IMG/VR virus record: IMGVR_UViG_3300020045_018018
Location: 1 to 41,719 of that record
DNA from: a virus
Lineage: Duplodnaviria; Caudoviricetes
Strand: one strand, 5' to 3'
DNA: 41,719 nt
Made by a program: the position numbers and the translations under genes. This document shows positions 1-9,796 of the stretch, in pieces (positions within the stretch are counted from its first letter, which is position 1; every line of letters starts with the position of its first letter). The notes below the pieces were generated by a model that saw only the letters and a list, made by a program, of their open reading frames with translations, did not search any database and had not been told where the DNA came from.

Positions 1-159
1 CACCGCGTTGACAGATAACACCAGGTCACTAAACTTTGTGTCGTACTTGCACACGTCAGACTCTAGCCTTGCCAACCTCGACAGCATTTCAGGCAGCCTG
101 CGCCGCTCTTGAAACAATTCCGCTGACTCTGGGTCGTCATTGTGCCTAGGGGGTACCAC
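1..159 (-). CDS. Partial hypothetical protein downstream of lysozyme (runs off window edge)
   Basis: Open frame from GTG at 159 to the edge, overlapping the lysozyme end: MVPPRHNDDPESAELFQERRRLPEMLSRLARLESDVCKYDTKFSDLVLSVNAV; not in ORF track. Confidence 0.5.
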   Translation of the reverse strand, partial: MVPPRHNDDPESAELFQERRRLPEMLSRLARLESDVCKYDTKFSDLVLSVNAV

Positions 160-616
160 TAAACATTCCCGTCCGCATTTGTTCAGCAAGTTCTACTGCG
201 CGGCCTTTGACTTGTTTTGCCCATTTGCTTTGCAGCATGGCGTCACCGGCATTGTCAAAATCACCATGCTCTATAAGTCCGAGCGTGCGCTTAAACTTCA
301 TAAGCCCAGGGATACCCAAATTAAAAGACATGTTAATAAGTACCGCCTGCCTTGCCTCATTAAGCCTGATAATCCAGGGAATACGTTGATAAAGCTCTTT
401 AGTATCATTAGCAACTATCGATTTCAATAACTGTTCGGCTCTAACTTGTGATACGCCAAGCGTTTTCATTGCTTGTAAGTCATGCTCTGAAAGTCTAAGC
501 GGATTAGCGGAAAGTGAATACCCATAACCAATAGTCAATACACCTTCTGAGCAATAATACGGATGCGAGCGGAATCCTTCATGCCGTTTTAGTTGAGCAA
601 TGCCTTCTGGACTCAT
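146..616 (-). CDS. Phage lysozyme/endolysin (GH24, T4-lysozyme-like)
   Basis: LKRHEGFRSHPYYCSEGVLTIGYG catalytic segment, RQAVLINMSFNLG and SKWAKQVKGRA motifs. Confidence 0.93.
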   Translation of the reverse strand: MSPEGIAQLKRHEGFRSHPYYCSEGVLTIGYGYSLSANPLRLSEHDLQAMKTLGVSQVRAEQLLKSIVANDTKELYQRIPWIIRLNEARQAVLINMSFNLGIPGLMKFKRTLGLIEHGDFDNAGDAMLQSKWAKQVKGRAVELAEQMRTGMFSGTP

Positions 617-873
617 AACCCAAGCTTTCCCGTCGATCCGGTTGTAATATAGATATTAATAGCCCCCAGTAATCCTGCTGATGCTTGAATCAAGTCAGGC
701 GTTAATATTGCCGCCAAGCCGGGTACAAACGAAGAAGCTACCCCGGCTCCAGCAACGGCCAAATTCAAATAATTCTGAAAGACCTTCCATGCCTTTGGTT
801 CTGCAAAAGCTTGCCCGGCCTTCAAAACATTAATTATCGACATTATTTTATTCCTTTCTATGGTTTCTGACAT
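613..873 (-). CDS. Small hydrophobic protein, putative holin
   Basis: Two hydrophobic segments; ATGA overlap with the lysozyme start. Confidence 0.55.
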   Translation of the reverse strand: MSETIERNKIMSIINVLKAGQAFAEPKAWKVFQNYLNLAVAGAGVASSFVPGLAAILTPDLIQASAGLLGAINIYITTGSTGKLGL

Positions 874-1073
874 TACAATGTTCCAAATGGATGATACTCT
901 CTTTTAGCTTTGATATAGGCGGCATGTGCATCTTCTTCCGTAATAAAATGACCAAGATTTATTTGCTTACCGTTTAATGTTATTGTAGCCCTAAATTTTT
1001 TCCTGTCTATTCTCCAATCAACCCCTAATAATCTTGAGCTGTTTACTTTTTTTGATTTTTGGTTTTGGTTACC
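873..1073 (-). pseudogene. 5'-truncated HNH-AP2 homing endonuclease (AP2 domain only)
   Basis: Frame reads GNQNQKSKKVNSSRLLGVDWRIDRKKFRATITLNGKQINLGHFITEEDAHAAYIKAKREYHPFGTL*, an AP2-type pattern; TAATG-coupled to the putative holin; no start codon, in-frame TAA at 1076-1074. Confidence 0.8.
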
Positions 1074-1251
1074 TTATATCTCTTGATTTTTTTTGGTAAC
1101 TAAGATATTATATAAAAATGTATTATATTTATTTGACAACCAATATTGTAAAAAGAATTATAAATTTTTATTAACAAAAAAAATAGATTTAGAATATTAT
1201 TCAGAAAAGATAAAATTATGCAGAATAAATATACCTGAGGGGAAAATATAA

Positions 1252-2103
1252 ATGATATTAACCGGTTCGCAATTTGCAAAATTTATGGGAACATCAAGAC
1301 AAAATATTTATAAACTTGTAAGAAATGGAAAATTAACCAAAGATGAAAATAATAATTATTGCATGGACAATGAATTAAATTTGCAATATTGCCTTAAACA
1401 TTCAAAAACCATATCAGAAATAAAAGAGTTTGTCTTGGCCGTGTCGGAAAAGAAAAACAAAAAAGATATAGTTCGCCCAGTGCCGTCTATCGTCCAGGAA
1501 GAAAAAATACAGAAAAAAGAAAAAGTTCTCGAAACGGTCGGAAAAGAAAAAATTAAAAAAAATATTATTTCCGAGAAAAAAAAATCAAAACGAGCAATAC
1601 CAGAACCAACAAATCCCGGAATAGAAATTATCCCTGAAATAACAAACGATGAAAATATTGAAGACATGACCGGAGACCAATTTGAAAATATTACAGGACT
1701 ACCTCAAAAAATGATGAACATGAGTTTGAAAAATTTGATAATACGATATGGGACTCAAACCATGCTTGAAAAATATGTTAAGATTTTAAATATGCTTTTT
1801 CAAAGTGCGGAAAGGGATAATAAAATAAATGAAAGACAAAATCTACTGATCCCAAAGGAATTTACTGAATCAAAGTTGTTTTTTTATCTTGAAATTTTAA
1901 ACAATAGATTACTTGATTATCCAGAAAATATTATTGATAAAATAATTTCCTTCACGTTATCGGATAAGGAAACGGCAAGAATAAAAGCATTGACTCAAAT
2001 GAGAATAGATATTGAAACTTTTATAAATGACACAAAAAATAAAATTGATAACGAAATAAAAAATATAAAAGACAAATATCAAAAAGAGAACGACAATGAT
2101 TAA
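1252..2103 (+). CDS. Terminase small subunit (N-terminal HTH)
   Basis: N-terminal HTH (SQFAKFMGTSRQNIYKLVRNGKL); overlaps start of large terminase. Confidence 0.7.
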   Translation: MILTGSQFAKFMGTSRQNIYKLVRNGKLTKDENNNYCMDNELNLQYCLKHSKTISEIKEFVLAVSEKKNKKDIVRPVPSIVQEEKIQKKEKVLETVGKEKIKKNIISEKKKSKRAIPEPTNPGIEIIPEITNDENIEDMTGDQFENITGLPQKMMNMSLKNLIIRYGTQTMLEKYVKILNMLFQSAERDNKINERQNLLIPKEFTESKLFFYLEILNNRLLDYPENIIDKIISFTLSDKETARIKALTQMRIDIETFINDTKNKIDNEIKNIKDKYQKENDND

Positions 2104-4075
2104 TCCTAATTTAAATCAATTGGAATTTATTCAAAATCAATTTAAAAAATTAACTTCAAAAAAATCAATAATTTTACCGAGTCAATATGTTGAAAGTGTT
2201 AGATATTTGGATAAAGAAATTTCTCCGGCTCTTCCGGGATTTTATCGTTTTGATAATACGCCATACTGGAAAGAACCGCTTGATATGTTAAGTCCCTTAT
2301 CCGATGTTCAGGAAGTTGTTATAGTCAAGGGTGTACAAATAGGATTCAGCACAGGAGTTTTGGAAAATATCATTGCATATAATATTGGCTGTGATCCTAA
2401 GCCGCAATTATTTATAACAACTGATAAAGAATTGATGCAAACAACGATGGAAGTTAAGATTGAAAAAATGATAGACTCTTGCAATCTAAGAGATAAAATA
2501 TTTTCACAAACAAAACAAAAATCAAAAAAAACAGGCGATACGACTTTTAAAAAGCAATATGTCGGCGGGTATTTAACCGGAATCGGATCACAAAATCCAG
2601 GTAAACTTAGATCAATGACGTATCCAGTAATTCTTATGGACGAACTTGACTCATTTCCGCTAAAATTAAAAGGGGAAGGGAATCCTGTAACTATTGCCAG
2701 TCATAGAGCCGATTCAGTCGGAGACAAACGAAAAATATTATATGGATCAACCCCTTTAATTTTACAATCTAGCAAAATATGGGAACTTTTTTTAAAAGGG
2801 GATCAAAGATATTTTTTTGTTCCTTGCAAATTTTGTGGAGAAATGCAAATTCTTAAATGGCATGGCGTTACAGAAGACGGCAAACAATATGGAATTGTTT
2901 TTGAAGTCGAAAAAGGCAAACCAATTCATGAAACTGTCGGGTACAAATGCCCTTATTGTGAAAAAATAATGAAAAATCATGATAAATCAATAATTTTTGA
3001 AAAAGGAGAATGGCGACCTACAAAAAAAAGTGAAAAAAGAGGATTGGTAAGTTATCAAATCTCAACTCTATATTCTTCGCCGGCAATGTTTCCCTGGGAA
3101 AAGATTGTTGAAGAATGGTCGGCTGCATGGGATATTGAAAAAAATAGACTTCGAGATAAAGAAAAATATAGAGAATTCAGAAATTTAATGCAAGGCTTAC
3201 CTTATGAAGAAATGGGGCAATCCATAAAATCCGAGCGTGCGCAATTACATCGGAGAGGAATTTACTTAAAAAATCAGATACCGAATTCAATAATAATCCA
3301 GGAAACCGGATCCCCGATATTATTTACAACAGCAGCAATCGACTGTCAAAAAAATAATATTTTTGCTGATATAAAAGCCTGGGCGCAAAATGGAATTAAC
3401 TATACACTTGATTTTTTTTCTATCGAAGGTGAAGTCGAAAAATATAATTCGGCATTATGGCAGGAACTTGATAAATTATTAACAACAAAAACATGGATTG
3501 CGGACGATGGGAAAATATATAAAATTAATCAAACGGTTATAGATTCTGGGCATTATACAGACTATGTTTATGAATTTTGTAAGCAATATTCCGGTGGTGT
3601 TTATGCCGTTAAAGGGCGCGATTTCCTCGAAGGCGGAATAACCTTTAAAAAATTTTCAAAAGAAACTCTCGACAAAGCAGGGCTTCCGATCGCGTTTCTT
3701 GTTAACACAACAAAATTAAAAGATCATATTGCGGTCATGTTGCAGAAATTACAATGGGATTCAGGACAATTGCAACCTCCATTTTATCCTAATTTTCCTG
3801 AAGACATGCGCGACGATTATTTCAAAATGTTCGAATCTGAAAGCAAAAAAGAAATAATTGACAGTGTTACGAATAAGTGGATTAAAACTATTTGGATTCA
3901 AAAACATGGATCGGAAAATCACGCCTTCGATTCTTTCTGTTATTCATTGAGTAATGTCGAAATTTTAGCCGATGCGGTTTGTAGAAATTACCTTGAATTA
4001 CCGGCATTGGATTGGACTCAATTTTGGGAATTCGCAAAACAAGGATATTTTTATCAAGAGCCAGACAAAAAATAA
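2096..4075 (+). CDS. Terminase large subunit, lambda GpA family
   Basis: TPYWKEPLD, KGVQIGFST Walker A-like, ILMDELD Walker B, YGSTP, GDQRYFFVPCKFCGEMQ, NHAFDSFCY. Confidence 0.95.
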   Translation: MINPNLNQLEFIQNQFKKLTSKKSIILPSQYVESVRYLDKEISPALPGFYRFDNTPYWKEPLDMLSPLSDVQEVVIVKGVQIGFSTGVLENIIAYNIGCDPKPQLFITTDKELMQTTMEVKIEKMIDSCNLRDKIFSQTKQKSKKTGDTTFKKQYVGGYLTGIGSQNPGKLRSMTYPVILMDELDSFPLKLKGEGNPVTIASHRADSVGDKRKILYGSTPLILQSSKIWELFLKGDQRYFFVPCKFCGEMQILKWHGVTEDGKQYGIVFEVEKGKPIHETVGYKCPYCEKIMKNHDKSIIFEKGEWRPTKKSEKRGLVSYQISTLYSSPAMFPWEKIVEEWSAAWDIEKNRLRDKEKYREFRNLMQGLPYEEMGQSIKSERAQLHRRGIYLKNQIPNSIIIQETGSPILFTTAAIDCQKNNIFADIKAWAQNGINYTLDFFSIEGEVEKYNSALWQELDKLLTTKTWIADDGKIYKINQTVIDSGHYTDYVYEFCKQYSGGVYAVKGRDFLEGGITFKKFSKETLDKAGLPIAFLVNTTKLKDHIAVMLQKLQWDSGQLQPPFYPNFPEDMRDDYFKMFESESKKEIIDSVTNKWIKTIWIQKHGSENHAFDSFCYSLSNVEILADAVCRNYLELPALDWTQFWEFAKQGYFYQEPDKK

Positions 4076-4131
4076 AAATAAGTTGTCAAAAAAAAATAAA
4101 TAATATAAAATATCATCGGGGGAATAACTAT

Positions 4132-4428
4132 ATGGCATTAATCGATTCCGATAATGAAACCACAAATCAAACTTCCCTTGAATATTATCAAGATGAACTC
4201 AAAAATTCCCGTGTTCTACTTTTTGAATTAAACAAAGCAATTTTAGCAATTCTCAAAGGCGGGCATCATTCATATCAAATCAATACAGGACAAAATTCTC
4301 AAAACGTAACACGTGAAAATATAAACGATGTTATAAATCAAAGAGACTGCCTATTATATCAAATTTCACAATTAGAAAATATGTTGGGAATCCGTGCGGT
4401 GGTAAAACATGTAGTGCCGGGGTGGTAA
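4132..4428 (+). CDS. Head-tail joining/head completion protein (gpW-like)
   Basis: Between terminase and portal; AILAILKGGHHSYQINTGQNSQNVTR pattern; ATG 4132 preferred over the track start. Confidence 0.7.
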   Translation: MALIDSDNETTNQTSLEYYQDELKNSRVLLFELNKAILAILKGGHHSYQINTGQNSQNVTRENINDVINQRDCLLYQISQLENMLGIRAVVKHVVPGW

Positions 4429-4431
4429 AAA

Positions 4432-6099
4432 TTGGTTCAAATAAATAAAATTGACGGTAAAAATATTATTAAAATAAATCCAGAGTCACGAAGCGAAAGC
4501 ATAAGAACTAATTATTTTGTTCAAGATATTGTTCAATCAATTTTTAATGGCGATAAATTTTATGAAAGTTTTGGGAGTACTCGTGATTTTACTTTCGTGG
4601 ATTATTGGACTTTGCGAAAACGATCAATGCAACTTTTTGATGAAAATTTGTATGCAAAAGGAATAATTGAACGAATTATTCAAAATGAAATTCACAAAGG
4701 GTTAAATTTAGAGGCAAACCCAATTCCAAAAATTATAGGGCTTAACGAAGACGAATCTCTTAATATTGCCGAAGATATAGAGACAGACTGGAATTTATGG
4801 GCGGGCGATCCACTACAAGCAGATTGGCAACAATCAGAAACTCTTGGAGAAATTCAATCAAAAGCGAGAATGACAGCGTTATTATCAGGCGATGCCGTCG
4901 TTGTTTTGAGATCAAATAGAATTACAGGACTCCCGCAAGTCGAAATTATTGACGGCTCAAATGTCCAATCGCCATTAAATTATACTCCACGAAATGGTAA
5001 TAAAATTTGTTATGGCGTCGAAATAGATCAAAATAAGCGCCATGTCGCATATCACGTTCAAATTGAAAATTTAACCGGCGGAGTCGAATTTAAACGGATT
5101 CCTTGTTACGGTGAAAAATCAGGGCGTCGAATTTCCTGGATGATTTATGGCGGAAGAAAAAAAATAGATCAAATTAGAGGTATCCCGATACTTGCGTGCG
5201 TCCTTTATTCTCTCAAAGAAATCGACAGATATCGAGATTCGGAACAAAGGGCAGCCGTCATAAATGCAATGTTACCGTTATTTATTCAAAAAACTGAAAA
5301 AGTTCAAGGAAGTATGCCTTTTGGTCAGGGGGCTATTCAGAAAAAAACAATTGAATTAACAAACCCAGATACGACAAGGCAAACTCTTAATATTACGAAA
5401 AACCTTCCAGGAATGGTCATGGACGATCTGGCCTACGGCGAAGTTCCGACAAGTTTTGACACAAAACGCCCCAATGTAAATTTTAAAGTATTTGAAGAAA
5501 CGATAATTAATGCTGTTTGCTGGGTAATGTCTACTCCGCCCGAAATTATGAGAATGTTATATCAAAATAATTTTTCAGCAAGCCGGCAAGCAAATAATGA
5601 TTTTAATATTTTTCTACAATATCGATTTTGGAAATTTGGAATTGAATTTTTACAACCGATTTACAGAGAATTTTTTATCGCCGAAGTTTTATATGGATTA
5701 ATTAAGGCTCCAGGATTATTAGATGCTATAAATTCAGGAAATTCAAAAATTATAAATGCCTGGCTAAATGCAGAATGGACAGGATTGAGCCGTCCATCTG
5801 TAGACTTACTAAAAGATGTAAACGCAGCCGAAGGAGCATTGAAATTAGGCATAACAACTTTTGATCAACAATGCAGGAAAATTTCAGGCATGCCAGCAAG
5901 AACAATTTTTCAAAAACTGGCAAGCGAAAAAAAGGTCTTAAAAAAATACAACCTTGTTTCAAGCGTTGATGAAAATTCGCTGGGAGAGCCGGTACAAGAA
6001 AGCGATCAAAATATTCAAACGGCAAAAATAAATAATAAATTAAATCAATTGGAATTAAAATTTGATGATATTTTAGGAAATATGACAATGGAGGCGTAA
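4432..6099 (+). CDS. Portal protein, lambda family
   Basis: LRKRSMQLFDENLYAKG, YGVEID, QIRGIP, NNFSASR, W..RPSVDLLKDVNA; TTG start. Confidence 0.93.
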   Translation: MVQINKIDGKNIIKINPESRSESIRTNYFVQDIVQSIFNGDKFYESFGSTRDFTFVDYWTLRKRSMQLFDENLYAKGIIERIIQNEIHKGLNLEANPIPKIIGLNEDESLNIAEDIETDWNLWAGDPLQADWQQSETLGEIQSKARMTALLSGDAVVVLRSNRITGLPQVEIIDGSNVQSPLNYTPRNGNKICYGVEIDQNKRHVAYHVQIENLTGGVEFKRIPCYGEKSGRRISWMIYGGRKKIDQIRGIPILACVLYSLKEIDRYRDSEQRAAVINAMLPLFIQKTEKVQGSMPFGQGAIQKKTIELTNPDTTRQTLNITKNLPGMVMDDLAYGEVPTSFDTKRPNVNFKVFEETIINAVCWVMSTPPEIMRMLYQNNFSASRQANNDFNIFLQYRFWKFGIEFLQPIYREFFIAEVLYGLIKAPGLLDAINSGNSKIINAWLNAEWTGLSRPSVDLLKDVNAAEGALKLGITTFDQQCRKISGMPARTIFQKLASEKKVLKKYNLVSSVDENSLGEPVQESDQNIQTAKINNKLNQLELKFDDILGNMTMEA

Positions 6100-6102
6100 A
6101 TT

Positions 6103-6420
6103 ATGTTGCAAAATTATACATTGACCCAGGGATTTTGGAAAAAAATATCAACGGCAGGTCAAACAGGCACGGCATGGCTAAAATCCGCAAATGGATTTAA
6201 CGCTAAAATATTAATTTCACATACGGCAACGCCACAAAATCCAGACGATGATATTCTGGTCGGCGAAGAAATCGATTTAGATATTGACGCTGCATATTTA
6301 TTACCCTGCAAAGGTATAAGTAATTTTTTAACAGCGGATTCCGAAAACGATATATTTTATGCAACTTTGAGAAACCCAGGGAAAACTTGTATCATAACTG
6401 CCGATTTTGCGGCGTTGTAG
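6103..6420 (+). CDS. Hypothetical protein in head module
   Basis: Clean ORF tightly packed in the late operon. Confidence 0.7.
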   Translation: MLQNYTLTQGFWKKISTAGQTGTAWLKSANGFNAKILISHTATPQNPDDDILVGEEIDLDIDAAYLLPCKGISNFLTADSENDIFYATLRNPGKTCIITADFAAL

Positions 6421-6429
6421 GAGAAAAAA

Positions 6430-6996
6430 ATGGCAATTGGAATAAATAAAAATTATACAGAAGACATGAAATCCGATATTGACGAAAACCTTGACACTAT
6501 TTCAGAAGTTCTTGAAGATGTTGAAGAAATAGACAGACATAATCATCATTTTGAAAAATGGTTTGAAACAGCGGCAAGCGCAAGCGGCGAATTACATGTT
6601 GCTGATAGAATAGGATCAGGCGGTGGAGCATTTCAAATCGACGCAGGGAATGATACCTGGGGCGCATGGGCGCAAATTTTGGGATCAGGCGATACGCCGA
6701 CCGAACTGCAAAAAACAAAATTTGATTTTCATGAATTACAAATTACGGCAGCTGAAAGGACAGCATTATATTATATTCAAATCGCATTCGGAGAGACAGG
6801 GGATTCGGCACTAGCAAATAATCGATATACAGAAACGCCATTCGAGCCTCAATCGGTTGCGGGAAAACCGGATTATATCGAAATCAGGTCGGAACAAATT
6901 AATGTTAAAGAAAAAGTCTGGGCAAGATGCAAATGCCCGGGTCAAAATACAGCAACGCTTAATTTACTTTTTGGAATTCACGAATATTTAGAATAA
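6430..6996 (+). CDS. Hypothetical, probably virion-associated protein
   Basis: RBS GGAG; beta-rich composition; late operon. Confidence 0.7.
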   Translation: MAIGINKNYTEDMKSDIDENLDTISEVLEDVEEIDRHNHHFEKWFETAASASGELHVADRIGSGGGAFQIDAGNDTWGAWAQILGSGDTPTELQKTKFDFHELQITAAERTALYYIQIAFGETGDSALANNRYTETPFEPQSVAGKPDYIEIRSEQINVKEKVWARCKCPGQNTATLNLLFGIHEYLE

Positions 6997-7062
6997 AATT
7001 TCCTGTTTGGGAATAAAAAATAAAAACCGTTTTCAAAGCGGTTAAAAAAAAAGGTGGTTAAT

Positions 7063-8055
7063 ATGGGAATCCGCACACAATTACAAGGCATTGAAAATTT
7101 ACTTTTCAAAGTCGAAGATTTTGGCGTTTCATGGTTTGTCGATGGTACTAATGGCAGCGACACTTATTCAGGACTTGATTGGGATCATGCAAAAGCAACA
7201 ATTCAGGCGGCAGTAACGGCAGCAAGCGCAGGAGACAAAATTTTTATTGCGCCAAAACTTATGGCGGCGGGCGCAACCGATCCAAATTCTTATGCCGAAA
7301 CAATTATAATTCCAGCAACCCATTCAAATCTTGCGCTTATAGGCGTTTCAAGGGGCAGAACTCAAGCGGGACTTCCACAAATAAAAAAAGGATCAGGCTC
7401 AACAGCGCAAATTACTATCAGAGCGTGCGGATGTCTTATCGCAAATCTTGGAATTAACGGCGCAGGTGCGACTGGTGGCGGTATTTTGCTAGACGATGAT
7501 GGAACTACAAAAACCGCGCTCGGCACTACAATTATCGGGTGTCATTTCAAAAATTGTAAAGTTTCGACAACCGATGGACGCACGGGCGGCGCTATAATGT
7601 GGTCTGCAAATGGCGGAGCATGGCAAGTATTAATAAAAGGCAATAGATTCTACAACAATGTTGCGGACGTTGTTCTTATTGGCACGGCGCAAACTGTTCC
7701 TCAAGATGTTGTCATTGAAGATAACGAATTTTCAGGCACTGCAGCAAGTGTTGATGTGAATCTTTACCTTGCCGGCGGATCAGGCATGAACGGAGTTGTT
7801 ATAAGAAATAATGTTTTTGGACAATTACCGGCGGTCGGTTCAGGATCAGTCGTAAGATATGTCGACATGACAGGATGCATTAACGGAATGTTTGTCGATA
7901 ATGTTTTCGGATGCCAAACAAATACCACCGGCGGAACAAAATTAACATTTAAGGCTTCCGGTACGGCTGCAAAAATCCCAGTAACCGTCCATGTCGCAAG
8001 ATGTTACGGACAATCGATCACTACGAGCGAAAGCGGAGAAATCACAATTGCATAA
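7063..8055 (+). CDS. Right-handed beta-helix (pectin-lyase-like) protein, putative head spike/depolymerase
   Basis: WFVDGTNGSDTYSGLDWDHAKATIQAAV...GDKIFI N-cap followed by repeated IxxNxF units. Confidence 0.75.
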   Translation: MGIRTQLQGIENLLFKVEDFGVSWFVDGTNGSDTYSGLDWDHAKATIQAAVTAASAGDKIFIAPKLMAAGATDPNSYAETIIIPATHSNLALIGVSRGRTQAGLPQIKKGSGSTAQITIRACGCLIANLGINGAGATGGGILLDDDGTTKTALGTTIIGCHFKNCKVSTTDGRTGGAIMWSANGGAWQVLIKGNRFYNNVADVVLIGTAQTVPQDVVIEDNEFSGTAASVDVNLYLAGGSGMNGVVIRNNVFGQLPAVGSGSVVRYVDMTGCINGMFVDNVFGCQTNTTGGTKLTFKASGTAAKIPVTVHVARCYGQSITTSESGEITIA

Positions 8056-8641
8056 AAATATATTTATATTAAGCGGGCTTTTAATAGCCTGCTTAATTTC
8101 TATATTTTTATTATTATTTTTTCAAAAACAATATATTTCTCAGATAACAAAAAACAATGACAAGTTATTAGCAGATTTAAGTTCTGATTTAAGCGATAGG
8201 GCAAAAGAAATTGAAGATTTGAAAAACAATCCTATTATAAAAACAGTAACAAAAACAATCACCAAAGAAATTTTAAAAACTATTCCGGACAAAGAAAAAG
8301 ACGAATTAATTATAAAATTCCAGGATGAAAATAATAATTTGCGAATACGGATTGATGTTTTGAATAAAATAATAGATTCAGACACATCAACAATCGAAAC
8401 ATTAAAAGCAAGCCTAGAAAAAACAAATATTATTTTAAAAAATCGATTTATTCCTAATTGGGGCTTCAATTTTGCCATTATGGGTGGCGTGGATCAAAAA
8501 TTGAATATTGATTGTTATGGAATAATTACGGCTCGAAAATATTTTTTTGACGGGCATTTTTATTTTGGTTTTGGAGCCGGTTTAAAATTTTACGACAAAT
8601 GGGGCGGAGCCGGAATTTTGGAAATAGGATTTACTTTTTAA
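8048..8641 (+). CDS. Membrane-anchored coiled-coil protein with C-terminal amphipathic beta-strands (spanin-like candidate)
   Basis: Probable TTG start at 8048 after GGAG; N-terminal TM, heptad-rich middle, ends GAGILEIGFTF. Confidence 0.6.
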   Translation: MHKNIFILSGLLIACLISIFLLLFFQKQYISQITKNNDKLLADLSSDLSDRAKEIEDLKNNPIIKTVTKTITKEILKTIPDKEKDELIIKFQDENNNLRIRIDVLNKIIDSDTSTIETLKASLEKTNIILKNRFIPNWGFNFAIMGGVDQKLNIDCYGIITARKYFFDGHFYFGFGAGLKFYDKWGGAGILEIGFTF

Positions 8642-8664
8642 AAAAAACAAAAAATAAAAATAAG

Positions 8665-8696
8665 TTGACTGAAACTTATAAAAAATGTAATATAAT
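8665..8696 (+). promoter_or_regulatory. Putative sigma70 promoter upstream of head protease
   Basis: TTGACT-17 bp-TAATAT, with an overlapping TATAAT. Confidence 0.45.
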
Positions 8697-8715
8697 TACG
8701 GGAGGGGATTTTTTT

Positions 8716-9795
8716 ATGGCTAAAAAAATTCTCATTGAGGGCATAATTGGCTATGATATTAACGAAAATCAAATCAGAGCACAACTTGAAGAAGCGAACG
8801 GCGAGCCGATTGACTTAGAAATTAATACTCCGGGCGGATTCGTTTTTAATGGCATAACAATTTTTAATCTTATCAAAAATTATTCACAAAATAAAAACAA
8901 TATTACAGCAACGATCACGGGGCTTGCTGCGTCAATGGGTTCTTATATCGCCCTTGCCGCTAATAAGGTAATCGCTTATGATAATGCAATTTACATGATC
9001 CACAATGTCCAATCGATTGCAATTGGCGATTATCGGGAACTTCAAAAAGAAGCCAAAGAAATTGAGTCATTAACAAATCTTTTGGCAAATGCTTATGTTT
9101 CAAAAACCGGAAAAACAAAAAAAGAAATCAGAAAAATGATGGATGATGAGTCATTTTTTCATGGTCAAGAAATGAAAGACGCTGGATTTGTCGATGAAAT
9201 AATAAAAACTACGTCCGAAAATCCAGAAGATAAAAATATAACAATGACTTTAGTTCAAGGCAGAATAAAAGATTGTTTTTCAATTATTTCAGAGTCCAAA
9301 AGAGCGAAAGAGGACATTAAGAAAGCAGCTTCGCTCATAGACATCACTGCACTACAAGATAATCCTGAAAAAAAAGAAGAACAAATTGATAAAAAAACAG
9401 ACATTTTGCCAGAAAACAAAAAAACGGAGGTAAAAAAGAAAATGGAAATTAAAGACTTAAACGAATTTAAAAATTCATACCCTGAGATTTTTCAGGAAGC
9501 CGTAAATCTTGGCATAAGCCAAAATAAAGAGCAAGTAAAAGCGCATATAATTCTCGGAAAACAAACAGGCGCATTTGACAAAATGATTGAATTTATTGAA
9601 ACTGATAAAAATGTTTCTGAGCCGACCGTTATAGCGGAATATATGGCGACCGGAATGAAGAATCAAATGAAAAACGCAAGATTAGAGGATAATGTTGCGC
9701 CTCTAAAAACTCCCGAAAACAATCAGGGCGAAATTACAAAAGAAGACACTGAAAAAGAAACAGCAAAAATGAAAAAAGCATGGGGGGTAAAATAA
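8716..9795 (+). CDS. ClpP-like head maturation protease with C-terminal scaffold region
   Basis: INTPGGFVFNG, GLAASMGSYI (catalytic Ser), YMIHN, GFVDEI; ATG 8716 after GGAGG. Confidence 0.92.
   Translation: MAKKILIEGIIGYDINENQIRAQLEEANGEPIDLEINTPGGFVFNGITIFNLIKNYSQNKNNITATITGLAASMGSYIALAANKVIAYDNAIYMIHNVQSIAIGDYRELQKEAKEIESLTNLLANAYVSKTGKTKKEIRKMMDDESFFHGQEMKDAGFVDEIIKTTSENPEDKNITMTLVQGRIKDCFSIISESKRAKEDIKKAASLIDITALQDNPEKKEEQIDKKTDILPENKKTEVKKKMEIKDLNEFKNSYPEIFQEAVNLGISQNKEQVKAHIILGKQTGAFDKMIEFIETDKNVSEPTVIAEYMATGMKNQMKNARLEDNVAPLKTPENNQGEITKEDTEKETAKMKKAWGVK
9442..9795 (+). CDS. Nested in-frame scaffolding protein (internal start, like lambda Nu3 within C)
   Basis: GGAGGT at 9426-9431 before in-frame ATG 9442, after a charged linker. 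Confidence 0.55.
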   Translation: MEIKDLNEFKNSYPEIFQEAVNLGISQNKEQVKAHIILGKQTGAFDKMIEFIETDKNVSEPTVIAEYMATGMKNQMKNARLEDNVAPLKTPENNQGEITKEDTEKETAKMKKAWGVK

Positions 9796-9796
9796 T

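Noticed and set aside
7020-7052. Terminator in the late operon
   Set aside because: Hairpin is followed by an A run on the + strand; it could only terminate antisense transcription and the stem is weak
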